Below the pieces are notes generated by a model. That model ran no database searches. It was not told the origin of the DNA and saw nothing but the letters and a program-made list of their open reading frames with translations. From Halarcobacter sp. (GTDB taxonomy: Bacteria; Campylobacterota; Campylobacteria; Campylobacterales; Arcobacteraceae), in assembly GCA_963676565.1 (NCBI GenBank), contig OY781089.1:1536001-1600000 (forward strand): a stretch of 64,000 bases of DNA. The letters are read 5' to 3'. Of this stretch, positions 62,421 to 64,000 are shown piece after piece. The position numbers were made by a program, and so were the translations under genes. The number at the start of each line of letters is the position of its first letter. The first letter of the stretch is position 1.

Positions 62421-62831
62421 TTATTTTTTATCACACTTTTCATTTAATGTATCAAAGTTTTCAAATACATATTCATCTTGAATTTTCTTTATTTTTACAC
62501 CTTTAGCACTACATACAAACTCTTTTCCATCCTTTTTTACAATGTAATCAAAGTTATAAATAAACTCAGTATTTGAAGAAACTGTTTTATTGTTTAATCT
62601 TTCAAAGGTGAATTTTTCTATTTGGCTATTTTTTTCAGATTCGTATTTTGTTACAAAAAGATTAGGAACTTTTTCTTCTTGATTTTTAATTGTAAAGTTA
62701 GCTACAGCTATAGTTACTATAATGACTAAAACTAAAATAGCTATCTCTTTTGTTTCAAATTTATTGTTCATTTTATAAATTAAAAAAGCTACTAATACTA
62801 TAGCTATTAGGATTACTAAAACAAATTGCAT
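62421..62831 (-). CDS. Hypothetical two-TM protein
   Basis: Two N-terminal TMs and a soluble domain with two Cys. Confidence 0.75.
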   Translation of the reverse strand: MQFVLVILIAIVLVAFLIYKMNNKFETKEIAILVLVIIVTIAVANFTIKNQEEKVPNLFVTKYESEKNSQIEKFTFERLNNKTVSSNTEFIYNFDYIVKKDGKEFVCSAKGVKIKKIQDEYVFENFDTLNEKCDKK

Positions 62832-62832
62832 A

Positions 62833-63126
62833 TTATTTTCCTTTTAATCTTTGTTTGAATTCTTCTTTTGATAAATATTTATTACTCGAAGTAGGTCTTG
62901 CTAAAAATTCATCTTCTAAGACTCTTTTTTGTTGAAGTTTTTGTTTATAAGTCTCTCTTGACATATATCTTTTATTTTCATTGTTATTTATAGATGATGA
63001 AACAGGTTTAATATTTGTATTTTTATTTAAGTCAATATTTTTAATAAGACCAGTTTTTAAATTTTCTAAAATATTTAAAACAGTTGATAAATTTTTATCA
63101 TCAATATCAAGGGTGATTTTAGCCAT
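62833..63126 (-). CDS. Hypothetical protein with an internal repeat
   Basis: AAGGAG SD before ATG 63126. Confidence 0.75.
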   Translation of the reverse strand: MAKITLDIDDKNLSTVLNILENLKTGLIKNIDLNKNTNIKPVSSSINNNENKRYMSRETYKQKLQQKRVLEDEFLARPTSSNKYLSKEEFKQRLKGK

Positions 63127-63351
63127 GAAACTCCTTTTCGTGAAGTATATCATAAAAAGAAAAAAACTTTTTTTAGAAGTGAAAAAGAAAAAAAACTTTA
63201 ATGAAAAGCTAATATTTTAAATGCTTAAAGAAGCTTAGCTTTTCATGTAAAATATCTATTCAAAAGTAATGAAATTGAAAGTTAACAGTAAATTAACTAA
63301 GTGAAAATATAATGCAAAATTACATTATAAAATATTTTAATAAGGAAACAA

Positions 63352-64000
63352 ATGAAAAAAAGTATTATACTTTCTCTTACAACTATAAGCATACTTTTTG
63401 CAGAAAATGTTGTGAATATTGACGAGATTCAAGTTAAAGAGGAGAAAATCAATACAACAATTGTAAAGGATGTAAGTAAAGAAGAGATTAAATCTGCTGA
63501 TTTAGCTGAATCGTTAGTTAAAAATATCCCATCTGTATCCCTTGTAAGAAGAAGTGGTATTGCAAATGATATTATATTAAGAGGTTCAAAAAAAGATAAT
63601 ATTAACATATTAGTTGATGATTCAAAAATCTATGGAGCATGTCCAAATAGGATGGATCCTGCTACTTCTCATGTTTTAACAAATAATATTGAAAAAGTTA
63701 CAGTGATTGAAGGGCCATATGATGTTGAAAATTTTGGAACATTAAGTGGTTTGGTAAAAGTTGAAACAAAAAATCCAACAAAAGAATTTTCTGGAGATAT
63801 AAATTTAAATATGGGAAGTTTTGGATATAAAAAAGGTTCTTTTACTGTAAGTGGAGGAAATGATTATATTAAGTTACTATTATCAGCTTCAATGGAAAAA
63901 TCTAATCAATATGAAGATGGAAATGGAAATGATTTTTATGAGCAACAAGTTGCAAATGGTATAGCAGCTAGTTTAAATCCTATGGTAAGTAGTAAATTAT
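63352..64000 (+). CDS. TonB-dependent receptor, OprC-like (5' part only; runs off the window edge)
   Basis: AAGGA SD; manual translation MKKSIILSL... gives a signal peptide and plug (RRSGIANDIILRG, GACPNRMDP, IEKVTVIEGPY); open to the edge. Confidence 0.88.
   Translation, partial: MKKSIILSLTTISILFAENVVNIDEIQVKEEKINTTIVKDVSKEEIKSADLAESLVKNIPSVSLVRRSGIANDIILRGSKKDNINILVDDSKIYGACPNRMDPATSHVLTNNIEKVTVIEGPYDVENFGTLSGLVKVETKNPTKEFSGDINLNMGSFGYKKGSFTVSGGNDYIKLLLSASMEKSNQYEDGNGNDFYEQQVANGIAASLNPMVSSKL

Overview
A gene-dense, very AT-rich bacterial chromosome segment. Gene content points to Campylobacterota, most likely an Arcobacter-family organism (cheV, nifSU, many orphan kinases with an MGEMIGNIAHQW H-box, leaderless uvrB). 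It holds housekeeping genes (argH, argC, greA, lpxH, ppk2, uvrB, nth, tcdA, selO), two Fe-S assembly systems (sufBCDSE plus sufT, and nifSU), an RND efflux operon, nhaA with a two-component system, tsdA with a split sensor system, malQ, and a partial TonB receptor. I saw no tRNA, rRNA, CRISPR array, integrase or transposase. Main candidates for novelty: (1) an apparently intact, phage-like family B DNA polymerase with no phage context, translationally coupled to an EamA/DMT transporter and ending in a clamp-binding-like tail (19584-22467); (2) an unannotated 25-aa membrane peptide after the nhaA two-component system, preceded by the same direct-repeat box as nhaA; (3) a 22/25-identical palindrome upstream of both sufB and nifS, plus a sigma54-type promoter at nifS; (4) a radical SAM / MnmC-type methyltransferase fusion; (5) a probable ATT start codon and several leaderless genes. 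All calls come from reading motifs by eye; no searches were run.
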